This document shows positions 1 to 9,003 of a stretch of DNA of 64,000 nt, piece after piece (the first letter of the stretch is position 1; every line of letters starts with the position of its first letter). The notes under the pieces were generated by a model. That model was not told the origin of the DNA. It did not search any database and was given only the letters and a program-made list of their open reading frames with translations. The position numbers and the translations under genes are program-made. This DNA is from an uncultured Gammaproteobacteria bacterium (lineage in GTDB: Bacteria > Pseudomonadota > Gammaproteobacteria > JAURND01): the NCBI GenBank assembly GCA_963714975.1, contig CAVQQD010000002.1:800001-864000 (forward strand), given 5' to 3'.

Positions 1-1013
1 TCCTGCATTTCCCAATCATCTAAGCGGAGGCGGTTAGCGGCATCTCGTGCTGGAGGTTCTGAGGTATAAAGATGTTCCCTAAATAGGCGATTCATTTGTT
101 CAATACAACCCTCGTGAGTGCCTTTTTCTTTCATTATTTTAAATAATAACGAGATGTAGAGAGGTACCACAGGAATGGCAGAGCTGGCTTGGGTCACTAA
201 TGCCTTGTTGACGGCTAACAGAGCTTGGCCGCCATCACCCTTGAGCTGCTGGTTCAGCCGATCAGCGGTTTTTTGTAGGTCGTCTTTTGCGCGACCAATA
301 GTGCCATCTTTGTAAATGGCATGGGTTAATTCGGGCCCAATATAGGTATAGGCCAGGGTGGTAGCGCGAGGTGCTAATAGATTTTCCTGTTTAAGGAAAT
401 CAATCCACATTGCCCAATCTTCACCGCCCATGACTGCTATGGTATCGGCAATTTCTGCTGCAGTGGCAGGCTCAATGGTAATATCTTTGACGATCCCACG
501 CAGTGGATCGACTGTTTTGCCGGTAAAAGTTTGTCCAATGGGTTTTAATATTGAAGCGTGGATCTGTCCTGTTTGCGGATGCACGCGTCTGGGCGCAGCA
601 AGGCTATAGATAATCAGGTCGACTTGTTTTAAATCAGCACGAATTAGCTCAGCGGTTTTTTCTTTAATGTCCTGAGAAAAAGCATCGCCATTAATGCTTT
701 TAGCATATAAGCCTTGTTGATGAGCTAATCGCTCAAATGCAGCTGTATTGTACCAACCTGCCGAAGCCGTGCGATTATCGCCAGCCGGTTTTTCAAAGAA
801 GACACCAATAGTATTAGCCTTAGAACCAAAGGTAGCCGCAATTCGACTCGCTAGACCATAGCCTGTAGAGGCACCAATAATCAGAACATTTTTAGGTCCA
901 GAAAAATGCCCTTGCGATAGAGTGAAATTAACTTGTTCTGATACTGCTTCTGCACATCCTTCTGGATGTGCTGTGGTACAAATGAAGCCACGAACTTTGG
1001 GTTGGATAATCAT
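1..1013 (-). CDS. fabV: Enoyl-ACP reductase FabV (3' end runs off the window)
   Basis: Manual translation from ATG at 1013: MIIQPKVRGFICTTAHPEGC...VLIIGASTGYGLASRI, then TASAGWYN and YSLAAPRR, all FabV/Ter motifs. Absent from the ORF track because it is truncated. Confidence 0.95.
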   Translation of the reverse strand, partial: MIIQPKVRGFICTTAHPEGCAEAVSEQVNFTLSQGHFSGPKNVLIIGASTGYGLASRIAATFGSKANTIGVFFEKPAGDNRTASAGWYNTAAFERLAHQQGLYAKSINGDAFSQDIKEKTAELIRADLKQVDLIIYSLAAPRRVHPQTGQIHASILKPIGQTFTGKTVDPLRGIVKDITIEPATAAEIADTIAVMGGEDWAMWIDFLKQENLLAPRATTLAYTYIGPELTHAIYKDGTIGRAKDDLQKTADRLNQQLKGDGGQALLAVNKALVTQASSAIPVVPLYISLLFKIMKEKGTHEGCIEQMNRLFREHLYTSEPPARDAANRLRLDDWEMQ

Positions 1014-1046
1014 AATTTTATTAATTTTCCTCTTCAATATAAGTCA

Positions 1047-1397
1047 TTAGGGAGCAGGTGGTTGACGTTTTTTACATAGGTAAGCGATGAATATTAGTAG
1101 TATAAAAAATGGCATTATGATTGGAAATAAAATAGGGAATAATAGGATTGCTAATAACATCCAAATGAAGGCAAAACCACTCAGTAGGAAAATCATAAAT
1201 CCTGGTATGACAAAAAATAGCAGTAAGGCAATAGAGAACACGACAATGGTAGCAACAATGACTCCCCAGATAGTAGCACTCATTACAAAAACAATTCCTA
1301 ACAAAGGAAAAGCAAAATAAAAGCCAATTACGGAGAGAAAAATCAATGCAATAGCAAGTAGCAGCGCAAATCGAAACGGTGAATTATGAGGTTGCAT
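1047..1397 (-). CDS. Small hydrophobic membrane protein, unknown function
   Basis: 116 aa, almost entirely hydrophobic helices with a basic C-terminal tail. Confidence 0.65.
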   Translation of the reverse strand: MQPHNSPFRFALLLAIALIFLSVIGFYFAFPLLGIVFVMSATIWGVIVATIVVFSIALLLFFVIPGFMIFLLSGFAFIWMLLAILLFPILFPIIMPFFILLIFIAYLCKKRQPPAP

Positions 1398-1570
1398 GGT
1401 TCAATCCTTTTAAAGGGGGTGGTTGGTCATGGAGGATTGTATGCTTATTCAGGGAACTTGTGAATAGCTTGGCAATAAGGAATTTGAGACCGTCCCTGGT
1501 CCTTGCTTCGATAACGAGGAGTTTGCTATTATTCACTACTTATTTTTTTACACGGAAAACCAATTCGCCT

Positions 1571-1655
1571 GTCGTCCCGCGGCTTGTCCGCGGGATCCAG
1601 AAATGAGGTTTCTATTGGCCTTTACCTGGATCCCGCGGACAAGCTGCGGGACGAC
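1571..1655. repeat. CGTC-type/RPE-like palindromic repeat (paired inverted units)
   Basis: GTCGTCCCGCGGCTTGTCCGCGGGATCCAG ... CTGGATCCCGCGGACAAGCTGCGGGACGAC, near-perfect inverted pair. Confidence 0.85.
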
Positions 1656-1687
1656 GGCGCTTAGTTACTTATAAGGAGTGATACATT

Positions 1688-1870
1688 ATGGGTTTGATTC
1701 AAATTGTTTTAGTACTTATTATCATTGGTGTTTTGCTCTGGTTGATAAATGCTTATATCCCTATGGCGAGACCAATTAAAACTATTTTAAATATTTTAGT
1801 CATAATTTGTGTGGTCCTGTGGCTGTTATCTTTGTTTGGAATAATTAGCGGGTTAAACTTTAAACTATAG
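1688..1870 (+). CDS. Small two-helix membrane protein (Thivi_2564-like)
   Basis: 60 aa with the [10 protein letters not shown]...IKTILNI pattern; AAGGAG RBS upstream. Confidence 0.75.
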   Translation: MGLIQIVLVLIIIGVLLWLINAYIPMARPIKTILNILVIICVVLWLLSLFGIISGLNFKL

Positions 1871-1880
1871 TAATCGCACT

Positions 1881-2837
1881 GTGATGATTATAAATAATAT
1901 TTTAGAAGCAATAGGGAAAACTCCCATCGTTAAACTAAATCGGGTGGGTGCTGAACTGCCTTGCTCGCTTTATGCGAAATGTGAATTTTTAAATCCCGGA
2001 GGTTCAGTCAAAGATCGAATCGCGCTTTATATGGTTGAGCAAGCGGAAAAGCGAGGTGAAATAAAACCAGGTGATACGCTGATTGAGGCAACTTCCGGTA
2101 ATACGGGTATTGGGATTGCTCTTGCTGGCGCGGTTAAGGGTTATCAAGTGATAATCACCATGCCGGAAAAAATGAGTCACGAAAAACAGGTCGTTTTGGA
2201 AGCACTAGGCGCTAAAATATATCGTACGCCTACTGCGGCTGCCTGGGACTCCCCAGAGAGCCATATTTCATTGGCTAAGCGTTTGCAGCAAGAAATTCCC
2301 AATTCTCATATTTTAGATCAATATAATAATCTCGATAACTGTGCCGCGCATTATTCCTGTACTGCTCAAGAAATTTTAGAAGATATGGATGGTCAGCTGG
2401 ATATGATCGTTATGACGGTGGGGACTGGTGGAACCATTACCGGCGTTGCTCAGCGGCTAAAAGAACATAATCCCAAAATTCGTGTTATTGGCGTTGATCC
2501 TATTGGTTCTATCTTGGGAGGTGGTACAGAGATTAAACCCTATTTAGTAGAAGGGATTGGCTATGATTTCTTTCCCAAAGTCTTAGATAATCGGCTAATC
2601 GATGAATATATTAAAATTAATGATCAAGATTCTTTCTTAATGGCGCGTCGCTTAATTAAAGAAGAAGGGCTTTTGGTGGGCGGGTCTTCCGGATCAGCTG
2701 TGTGGGCCATGCTGCAAACTGCCAAAACACTGCGCGTTGGACAGCGTTGTTTAGTAATTTTGCCAGATTCTATTCGTAATTATCTGACTAAATTTGTAGA
2801 TGAAAAATGGATGAGAGACCATCAATTTATAACTTAA
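1881..2837 (+). CDS. cbs: Cystathionine beta-synthase (PLP, catalytic core only)
   Basis: [45 protein letters not shown]; adjacent to a cystathionine lyase gene. Confidence 0.85.
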   Translation: MMIINNILEAIGKTPIVKLNRVGAELPCSLYAKCEFLNPGGSVKDRIALYMVEQAEKRGEIKPGDTLIEATSGNTGIGIALAGAVKGYQVIITMPEKMSHEKQVVLEALGAKIYRTPTAAAWDSPESHISLAKRLQQEIPNSHILDQYNNLDNCAAHYSCTAQEILEDMDGQLDMIVMTVGTGGTITGVAQRLKEHNPKIRVIGVDPIGSILGGGTEIKPYLVEGIGYDFFPKVLDNRLIDEYIKINDQDSFLMARRLIKEEGLLVGGSSGSAVWAMLQTAKTLRVGQRCLVILPDSIRNYLTKFVDEKWMRDHQFIT

Positions 2838-2852
2838 TATTGTGACATCCTT

Positions 2853-4016
2853 ATGACCCAAAACAAGTGCTACCATTTAGCTACCAGAGTTATTCATGGT
2901 GGCCAGCATCCAGATCCCTTAACAGGTGCAGTTATGGTGCCTATTTATGCGACTTCCACTTATGCCCAGGAAAGTCCCGGGCAACATCAGGGTTACGAAT
3001 ATTCTCGTACTAAAAATCCAACGCGGCTAGCCTATGAAGAATGCGTCGCTAATTTGGAGTCTGGAATACAAGGTTTTGCCTTTGCTTCGGGTATGGCTGC
3101 TACAGCCACCTTGTTGGAGTTATTGCAATCAGGGGATCATGTTGTCGTCATAGATAATGTCTATGGTGGCACTTATCGGTTATTTCAAAATGTGCGCCGG
3201 CGTTCCGCAGGATTGCAATTTAGCTTCATTGATTTTAGCGATCTTGCTTCGGTAAAAGCAGCAATTTTGCCCAATACGAAAATGATTTGGGTAGAATCTC
3301 CGACTAATCCACTATTAAAGTTAGTGGATCTGCAAGCTATTGCGCAAATAGCTAAGGAGTATGATTTGCTTTCTGTGGCGGACAACACCTTTGCTACCCC
3401 ACTAGCGCAGCGTCCGCTGGAATATGGTTTTGATATCGTGATGCATTCTGCAACTAAATATCTCAATGGCCACTCGGATATTATTAGTGGTATAGTAGTT
3501 GTGAATGATGCTAGGTTAGCAGAGCAATTAGGTTATCTACAAAATTCAATTGGCGGAGTTGCTAGCCCATTTGATAGTTTTTTAGCTTTACGTGGTTTAA
3601 AAACTTTGGATGTGCGGATGGAGCGGCATAGCAAAAATGCGCTTATTTTAGCAGAATGGTTAGAGGCCCACCCAAAGGTGATGCAAGTATTTTACCCAGG
3701 CTTGCCTAGTCATCCTCAATATGAATTAGCGCAGCGACAAATGGAATTGTTTGGTGGCATGATTAGTGTAAAGCTAAAGGCTGATTTGCAGCAAACCAGA
3801 AAAATGTTGTCCGAATGTAAGCTTTTTACCTTAGCAGAAAGCCTGGGGGGAGTGGAAAGTTTAATTGAACATCCTGGGTTAATGACCCATGCTTCTATCC
3901 CTGCAGCGGAGCGCGAACAAATGGGGTTTTCTGATAATTTTATTCGATTGTCAGTAGGTTTGGAAAATATAGAGGATCTTCGTGCGGATTTAGAGCAGGC
4001 TTTGGAGAAAATTTAA
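2853..4016 (+). CDS. Cystathionine gamma-lyase/synthase (Cys/Met metabolism PLP family)
   Basis: [44 protein letters not shown]. Confidence 0.92.
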   Translation: MTQNKCYHLATRVIHGGQHPDPLTGAVMVPIYATSTYAQESPGQHQGYEYSRTKNPTRLAYEECVANLESGIQGFAFASGMAATATLLELLQSGDHVVVIDNVYGGTYRLFQNVRRRSAGLQFSFIDFSDLASVKAAILPNTKMIWVESPTNPLLKLVDLQAIAQIAKEYDLLSVADNTFATPLAQRPLEYGFDIVMHSATKYLNGHSDIISGIVVVNDARLAEQLGYLQNSIGGVASPFDSFLALRGLKTLDVRMERHSKNALILAEWLEAHPKVMQVFYPGLPSHPQYELAQRQMELFGGMISVKLKADLQQTRKMLSECKLFTLAESLGGVESLIEHPGLMTHASIPAAEREQMGFSDNFIRLSVGLENIEDLRADLEQALEKI

Positions 4017-4031
4017 AAGGAGCAGTTTGCT

Positions 4032-4760
4032 ATGGAAAAGCTTAAGTTAGTCTTGATTGCATTGCTAAGTGCTTTATGTGTTACTGCACAAGCACAGGAC
4101 GAAGAAATTTATTTAGTCCCAGTACCTCAACCTAGGGCAGTTATAGTCGTCCCATCAGCTATAGTCGCACCATCAGCTACAGTACTCCCGCTTCGAGAAC
4201 GGCAACCCATTAGGATGACCATTCAAAATGATTCTAATTTTGACATTAGCATGGTTAGTAGGGGTTATGATAATGTAAATGAGAAGGATGTGCACGCCCT
4301 AGAGGCACAAACCTTATATGCACACTCTACCCATCAATTTCTTATTGGCAGGGAGGGCTATCCAGCTCATTTATCTCTTGGATTTGCTATTTCCCCGACA
4401 GAAACGCAACGCTTGGATAGAATAATTGCGCAGTGGGAATATATTGAAGATGAAAACTTAGCAGACTCTTGCCATAATTACGGGGCGCGCACGGAACGCC
4501 AAACGACTGTTAGTTATGTGCCTGCAGAGACCTATGCTTATCCCTATGAAAATCCGTTATATCCTTACCCAGGCTATACTCCTTATTATTATTCTCCTTA
4601 TCCTAATTATGCCCCGGTTGCGACCTATGCTTATCCTCCGCCTGAGGTAGGTTACACGGCTGTTCCAGTCTACACCAACTCCACTCCCTTTTCGGTTAGG
4701 TGCTCAGGAGACAACAGTATTATCACCCCCATAGTACAGTTGGAGTTAGAGCATGTGTAA
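4032..4760 (+). CDS. Secreted hypothetical protein with a Tyr/Pro-rich tract
   Basis: Signal peptide ending in AQA; YPYENPLYPYPGYTPYYYSPYP segment; AAGGAG RBS. Confidence 0.7.
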   Translation: MEKLKLVLIALLSALCVTAQAQDEEIYLVPVPQPRAVIVVPSAIVAPSATVLPLRERQPIRMTIQNDSNFDISMVSRGYDNVNEKDVHALEAQTLYAHSTHQFLIGREGYPAHLSLGFAISPTETQRLDRIIAQWEYIEDENLADSCHNYGARTERQTTVSYVPAETYAYPYENPLYPYPGYTPYYYSPYPNYAPVATYAYPPPEVGYTAVPVYTNSTPFSVRCSGDNSIITPIVQLELEHV

Positions 4761-4767
4761 CAACAAT

Positions 4768-4810
4768 CCCCTTCTCGCTTTAGTGAGAAGGTGCCGAAGA
4801 CAAATGAGGG
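4768..4810. repeat. Short CCCTC/TTCTC-type palindromic repeat
   Basis: Reverse complement CCCTCATTTGTCTTCGGCACCTTCTCACTAAAGCGAGAAGGG resembles the inner unit of the element at 61504-61607. Confidence 0.55.
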
Positions 4811-4872
4811 ATTAGTATTACGCTAAATGCTGTGTTACCATGACTGAATTTTTCTGACAGGGAGTTGTTTTT

Positions 4873-7170
4873 ATGCCGAAGAACCAGGCCAAATCCGAAC
4901 AAATTGAGGCGGCAATCAAGGAAATACTCGAGAGTGGGGGAGAGCCCACCCTTGAATCTGCACGTCAAATGCTATCCATTAAAAATCTCACTACGACTGG
5001 ACCCCGATTTTATAAATATTTATACAGCAATCATCTATACGATGGCAGATTAAAACGTTCTGCAAAAGAAGCGCTGGGCGAGAAAGAAACAAAAGAAAGA
5101 ATTGGTGAACTAGAAAAAACTCTTTCCTTGGTAAAAGCTACCTTAGAGTCGACAGCGGATGGCCTGTTAATTCTTGATCGGGATGGAAAGCTAGTAAGCT
5201 GGAACCAGAAATTTGTAGAGATGTATCGGTTTCCTCCAGAAGTTTTGGAGACACGTGATGAGCGAGTTGCACTGCAATACATTTTAGATCAATTAAGTGA
5301 CCCGCAAGGTTTTTTTAATTCTGTAGCAAAATTATACGATCATCCAGAGGCAAAAGGAGAATTAGAAGATTTACATTTTAAAGATGGTCGGATTTTTGAG
5401 CGTTATTCACAGCCACAATTAGTAGGCGAGCAAATTGTAGGGCGGGTTTGGAGTTTTCGTGATGTCACGGAGCGACGAAAACAAGAAGAGCAGCTCCGTT
5501 TGCGTGAACGTGCCATTGAGGCTAGTACCCACGGCGTCATTATTACAGACAACACCACTCATCATAATATTTTATATGCTAACCCGGCTTTTGAACGTAT
5601 TACCGGCTATTCATTTTCTGAGATAAAAGAGCACCAGTGTTTTGTATGGTGCAAGGATGATCAACAACTACCCGCGATCCAAAATATCCGTTTGGCACTC
5701 AAAGAACAGCGTGAAGATCAAGTGATTATTCTTAATCACAAGAAAAACGGCGAGGAATTTTGGAGTGAAATTAATATTGCTCCAGTGCCTGATAGTACTG
5801 GTAAAGTTAACCATTTCGTTTGGATAATCAATGATATTACTCAGCGCAAAATCATGGAGGATAAATTATCCCACCAGGCGACCCACGATTATTTAACTGA
5901 ATTACCAAATAGATTATTGCTCCGAGATCGATTACAGCAAATTATTTTGAATGCAAAGCGATTAGAAGTAATTGCTTCTGTGTGGTTTATTGATTTAGAT
6001 CGTTTTAAATTAACCAATGATAGTTTGGGTCATGGTGCAGGTGATAAATTGTTACAAGTTATTGCTGAACGTTTAGTGAACAGCGTCCGTGAAACTGATA
6101 CGGTATCTCGACTTGGCGGGGATGAGTTTGTCGTAGTTTGTTTATTACAAAAAAATGAGTTTGATGCTATTCCATTAGTTCAAAAAATCTTAAAAAAAAT
6201 TTCTGAGCCTGTGCCAATTGATGACCGTATTATTAATATTACTGCAAGTATCGGTATTAGTTCTTATCCAAGTAATGGTGAAGATATTGATACCTTAATG
6301 CGACATGCTGATATTGCCATGTATCGTGCGAAAGATTTAGGGCGTGACAATTTTCAGTTTTTTACTCCCGAGATGAATGAGCAACTAGATAAACGTTTAA
6401 TGTTAGAGAGCGATTTACATCAAGCGTTAGAACGAAGTGAATTTGTCTTGTACTATCAACCTTTAATTTGTTTAAAGACGGGAACTATCAAGAGCTTTGA
6501 AGCATTGATTCGTTGGTTTCATCCTGAGAAAGGCTTGATACCTCCCTTAGAATTTATTCCTTTTGCTGAAGAAACCGGCTTAATAGTGCCCATTGGTGAG
6601 TGGGCCTTAACAGCAGCCTGTAGAGACTATCAGCTTTTTCGGGAAAAAATATCCACACCATTGCACATAGCTGTGAATGTATCAAGTCAACAATTTCGTA
6701 GAAATAATTTTATTGAAGTTATTGATCAGATCTTATCTAAGACTAAGATGCTCGCCAGCTGCTTAGATATTGAAATCACTGAAAGTATTTTAATCGAAAA
6801 TGTTGATAAAACCATGCTTACTTTTAATGAATTAAAAACCCGAGGGATCAATCTTATTTTAGATGATTTTGGTACCGGCTATTCAAGTTTAAGCTACTTA
6901 AAGCGCTTACCATTAGATAAACTAAAAATTGATAAATCTTTTGTAGATGGAATTGGTACTCATACCAATGGACCCGCCATTGTTCAGACCATTATTTCCA
7001 TGGCTCATGTATTAGGACTCAGTGTTGTGGCAGAAGGAGTAGAAACCAAAGAGCAATTAGAATTTTTGAAAGCCCACAATTGTGATCAAATGCAAGGCTT
7101 TTACTTTAGTCGGCCACTACCCCTGCAAGAAGCACTGAAATTATTACAACCAGAAGAAGTTTTAGTGTAA
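4873..7170 (+). CDS. PAS-PAS-GGDEF-EAL c-di-GMP cyclase/phosphodiesterase
   Basis: Two PAS/PAC domains; RETD I-site five residues before an intact GGDEF; EAL, DDFGTGYSS, AEGVE and QGFYFS intact. Confidence 0.95.
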   Translation: MPKNQAKSEQIEAAIKEILESGGEPTLESARQMLSIKNLTTTGPRFYKYLYSNHLYDGRLKRSAKEALGEKETKERIGELEKTLSLVKATLESTADGLLILDRDGKLVSWNQKFVEMYRFPPEVLETRDERVALQYILDQLSDPQGFFNSVAKLYDHPEAKGELEDLHFKDGRIFERYSQPQLVGEQIVGRVWSFRDVTERRKQEEQLRLRERAIEASTHGVIITDNTTHHNILYANPAFERITGYSFSEIKEHQCFVWCKDDQQLPAIQNIRLALKEQREDQVIILNHKKNGEEFWSEINIAPVPDSTGKVNHFVWIINDITQRKIMEDKLSHQATHDYLTELPNRLLLRDRLQQIILNAKRLEVIASVWFIDLDRFKLTNDSLGHGAGDKLLQVIAERLVNSVRETDTVSRLGGDEFVVVCLLQKNEFDAIPLVQKILKKISEPVPIDDRIINITASIGISSYPSNGEDIDTLMRHADIAMYRAKDLGRDNFQFFTPEMNEQLDKRLMLESDLHQALERSEFVLYYQPLICLKTGTIKSFEALIRWFHPEKGLIPPLEFIPFAEETGLIVPIGEWALTAACRDYQLFREKISTPLHIAVNVSSQQFRRNNFIEVIDQILSKTKMLASCLDIEITESILIENVDKTMLTFNELKTRGINLILDDFGTGYSSLSYLKRLPLDKLKIDKSFVDGIGTHTNGPAIVQTIISMAHVLGLSVVAEGVETKEQLEFLKAHNCDQMQGFYFSRPLPLQEALKLLQPEEVLV

Positions 7171-7190
7171 TCTATATAGGATTTACAATT

Positions 7191-7625
7191 ATGGCAAATT
7201 CATTAATGCAGGAAGTTCAAGTAATTCCTAGAAATGAAATACCGGCTATTTATTCGGTGAATCAAACAGGCATAGAACATAGAATTGGTGAATTAAGAGA
7301 TTTTCAATGGCATCCCTTATTAAAACAATTCATTCCAGAACAACTAGGCATTTCTTTTAGTTGGACTCGATTGCGAGGGGATGAAATTTTGCAGCCTCAT
7401 TTACATCCTGAGCAGTCAATTATTATCATTGTAAAAGGAAACGGCCGATTATTAGGTCAGAAAAATCTACCATTGACTGAAGGTGATACTGTGGTGGTTC
7501 CTCCTGGTTGTGCCCACGGTTTTCAGGGTGACGGGGGGGAAGGTTTTTGTGCTTTATCCATCCAATTTGCTGGTGGTCTTTATACGCATCCAGAACAAGC
7601 ACGTGTTGCATTTGTGGAGAAATAA
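7191..7625 (+). CDS. Stand-alone cupin domain protein
   Basis: PHLHPEQS and GDTVVVPPGCAHGF cupin motifs. Confidence 0.88.
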   Translation: MANSLMQEVQVIPRNEIPAIYSVNQTGIEHRIGELRDFQWHPLLKQFIPEQLGISFSWTRLRGDEILQPHLHPEQSIIIIVKGNGRLLGQKNLPLTEGDTVVVPPGCAHGFQGDGGEGFCALSIQFAGGLYTHPEQARVAFVEK

Positions 7626-7627
7626 AT

Positions 7628-8866
7628 ATGCTGACAAGGAAATACACCGCTATTGGCGCCGTTGTTTTCGCATTATGCCCGCAATTAGTTTTGGCTAGCA
7701 ATTTTCAATTTTTTTCGGGCATTGATTATAATAACCCCGCGGATTTAACTTTTTTAGTTCAAGATACTCAAATTATTTTAGGATTCGAGTATTTTCCTCC
7801 TGCACCCCATGTCACGTTTAAAGGCAGTGTAATGGTACCCGATCCTACTGGTATGGGTAATAATGTTGTGACTACAGGTACAGCCAAAAATATTGGGAAT
7901 TCCAGCTTTCCCTATGGGCGCATTGCAAAACGACTATCTAAACAATGGGTCGCTAGTTTGGATGTGACAGAGCCTTTTAAGTCGGACATTATTTATCCTG
8001 GAGATTCAATTGTAAGATATGTGGTAACCGATTCTATCATTCATTCTGTCGATGTCGCGCCTAGTGTGGCTTATCAATTTGGAGGGGGCTTATCAAATTT
8101 GGCAGTGGGTTTTGGATTGGATGCGATGTATATGAAAATTGCCTTGAATTCGAAGTACCCCTCTTTTCCTATACCTCCTAATATACCTTTTGGTGCTGGT
8201 CCTGATGCTATTTTTACTAATGGAGCATCAAGTTGGAACTATGGTTGGCACGCAGGAGCCATTTATCATGTATCTAAATCAACCATTTTGGCCGCGAGTT
8301 ATTTTTCAGCCATAAAACAAAAATTTTCTCACGGCGAAAGTACTTTTACTGGATTCCCAGACAGCCACGATTTTGCTACGAGTCTTAATTTACCTGCCAC
8401 AAGCAATTTTAGTCTTACTCAGTTTATTGGCGAAAAAATGATTGTTTTTGCACAGGCAAGTTATTCACAGTGGCATCGTTTGCAGCAAACAATATTGTAT
8501 AATACTGCCGGCCCAGCTTCAGAAATTGTGCTCAATTTTCATTACCGAAATACCTGGCGCTATGGTTTAGCTGGGCGCTATAGTCTCACGCCTGACCTAT
8601 CTTTAGGTGGCATCATTTGTTATGACTCTACTCCTACCAATAATGCTGATAGGAATTTGGCATTACCAGGAGCTAATTTGTTTATCTTAGGTGGGTCAGC
8701 TGAATATAAATTGACTAAGGAATTAGCTCTACAATTAGAATATGGTCATGCATTTACCATTAATGTACCTCTGAATAATGTAGAGGAGGGCTCTGGCATT
8801 ACCACCGTGGGTAATGCCAGCATTTACGGTAATATATTCGGGGTGCAGTTGTCCTTTAATATCTAA
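7628..8866 (+). CDS. FadL/OmpP1/TodX-family outer-membrane transporter for hydrophobic molecules
   Basis: True start is ATG 7628 (signal peptide). NNPADL hatch motif, LNLPA, YRNTW, YDSTP..DRNLALP and a C-terminal beta-strand. Confidence 0.85.
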   Translation: MLTRKYTAIGAVVFALCPQLVLASNFQFFSGIDYNNPADLTFLVQDTQIILGFEYFPPAPHVTFKGSVMVPDPTGMGNNVVTTGTAKNIGNSSFPYGRIAKRLSKQWVASLDVTEPFKSDIIYPGDSIVRYVVTDSIIHSVDVAPSVAYQFGGGLSNLAVGFGLDAMYMKIALNSKYPSFPIPPNIPFGAGPDAIFTNGASSWNYGWHAGAIYHVSKSTILAASYFSAIKQKFSHGESTFTGFPDSHDFATSLNLPATSNFSLTQFIGEKMIVFAQASYSQWHRLQQTILYNTAGPASEIVLNFHYRNTWRYGLAGRYSLTPDLSLGGIICYDSTPTNNADRNLALPGANLFILGGSAEYKLTKELALQLEYGHAFTINVPLNNVEEGSGITTVGNASIYGNIFGVQLSFNI

Positions 8867-9003
8867 TGTGGGGGGGGGCGGCGGTGGCCATTCAGCACAG
8901 GATAGAAACAGGCATCTATGGCGCCCCATCTATGGCCTATCTTTCGTTACTTCAACCTAGGCTCATAGCTGCCTGTTTTTGCCAACTTTGGCAATAGGGT
9001 GAG

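Noticed and set aside
358-609. ORF-track 83-aa + strand ORF and similar short antisense ORFs throughout
   Set aside because: These are shadows of well-supported genes on the opposite strand or in another frame (here fabV).
7547-7627. N-terminal extension of the FadL-like ORF
   Set aside because: It overlaps the cupin gene; the signal peptide begins at ATG 7628.
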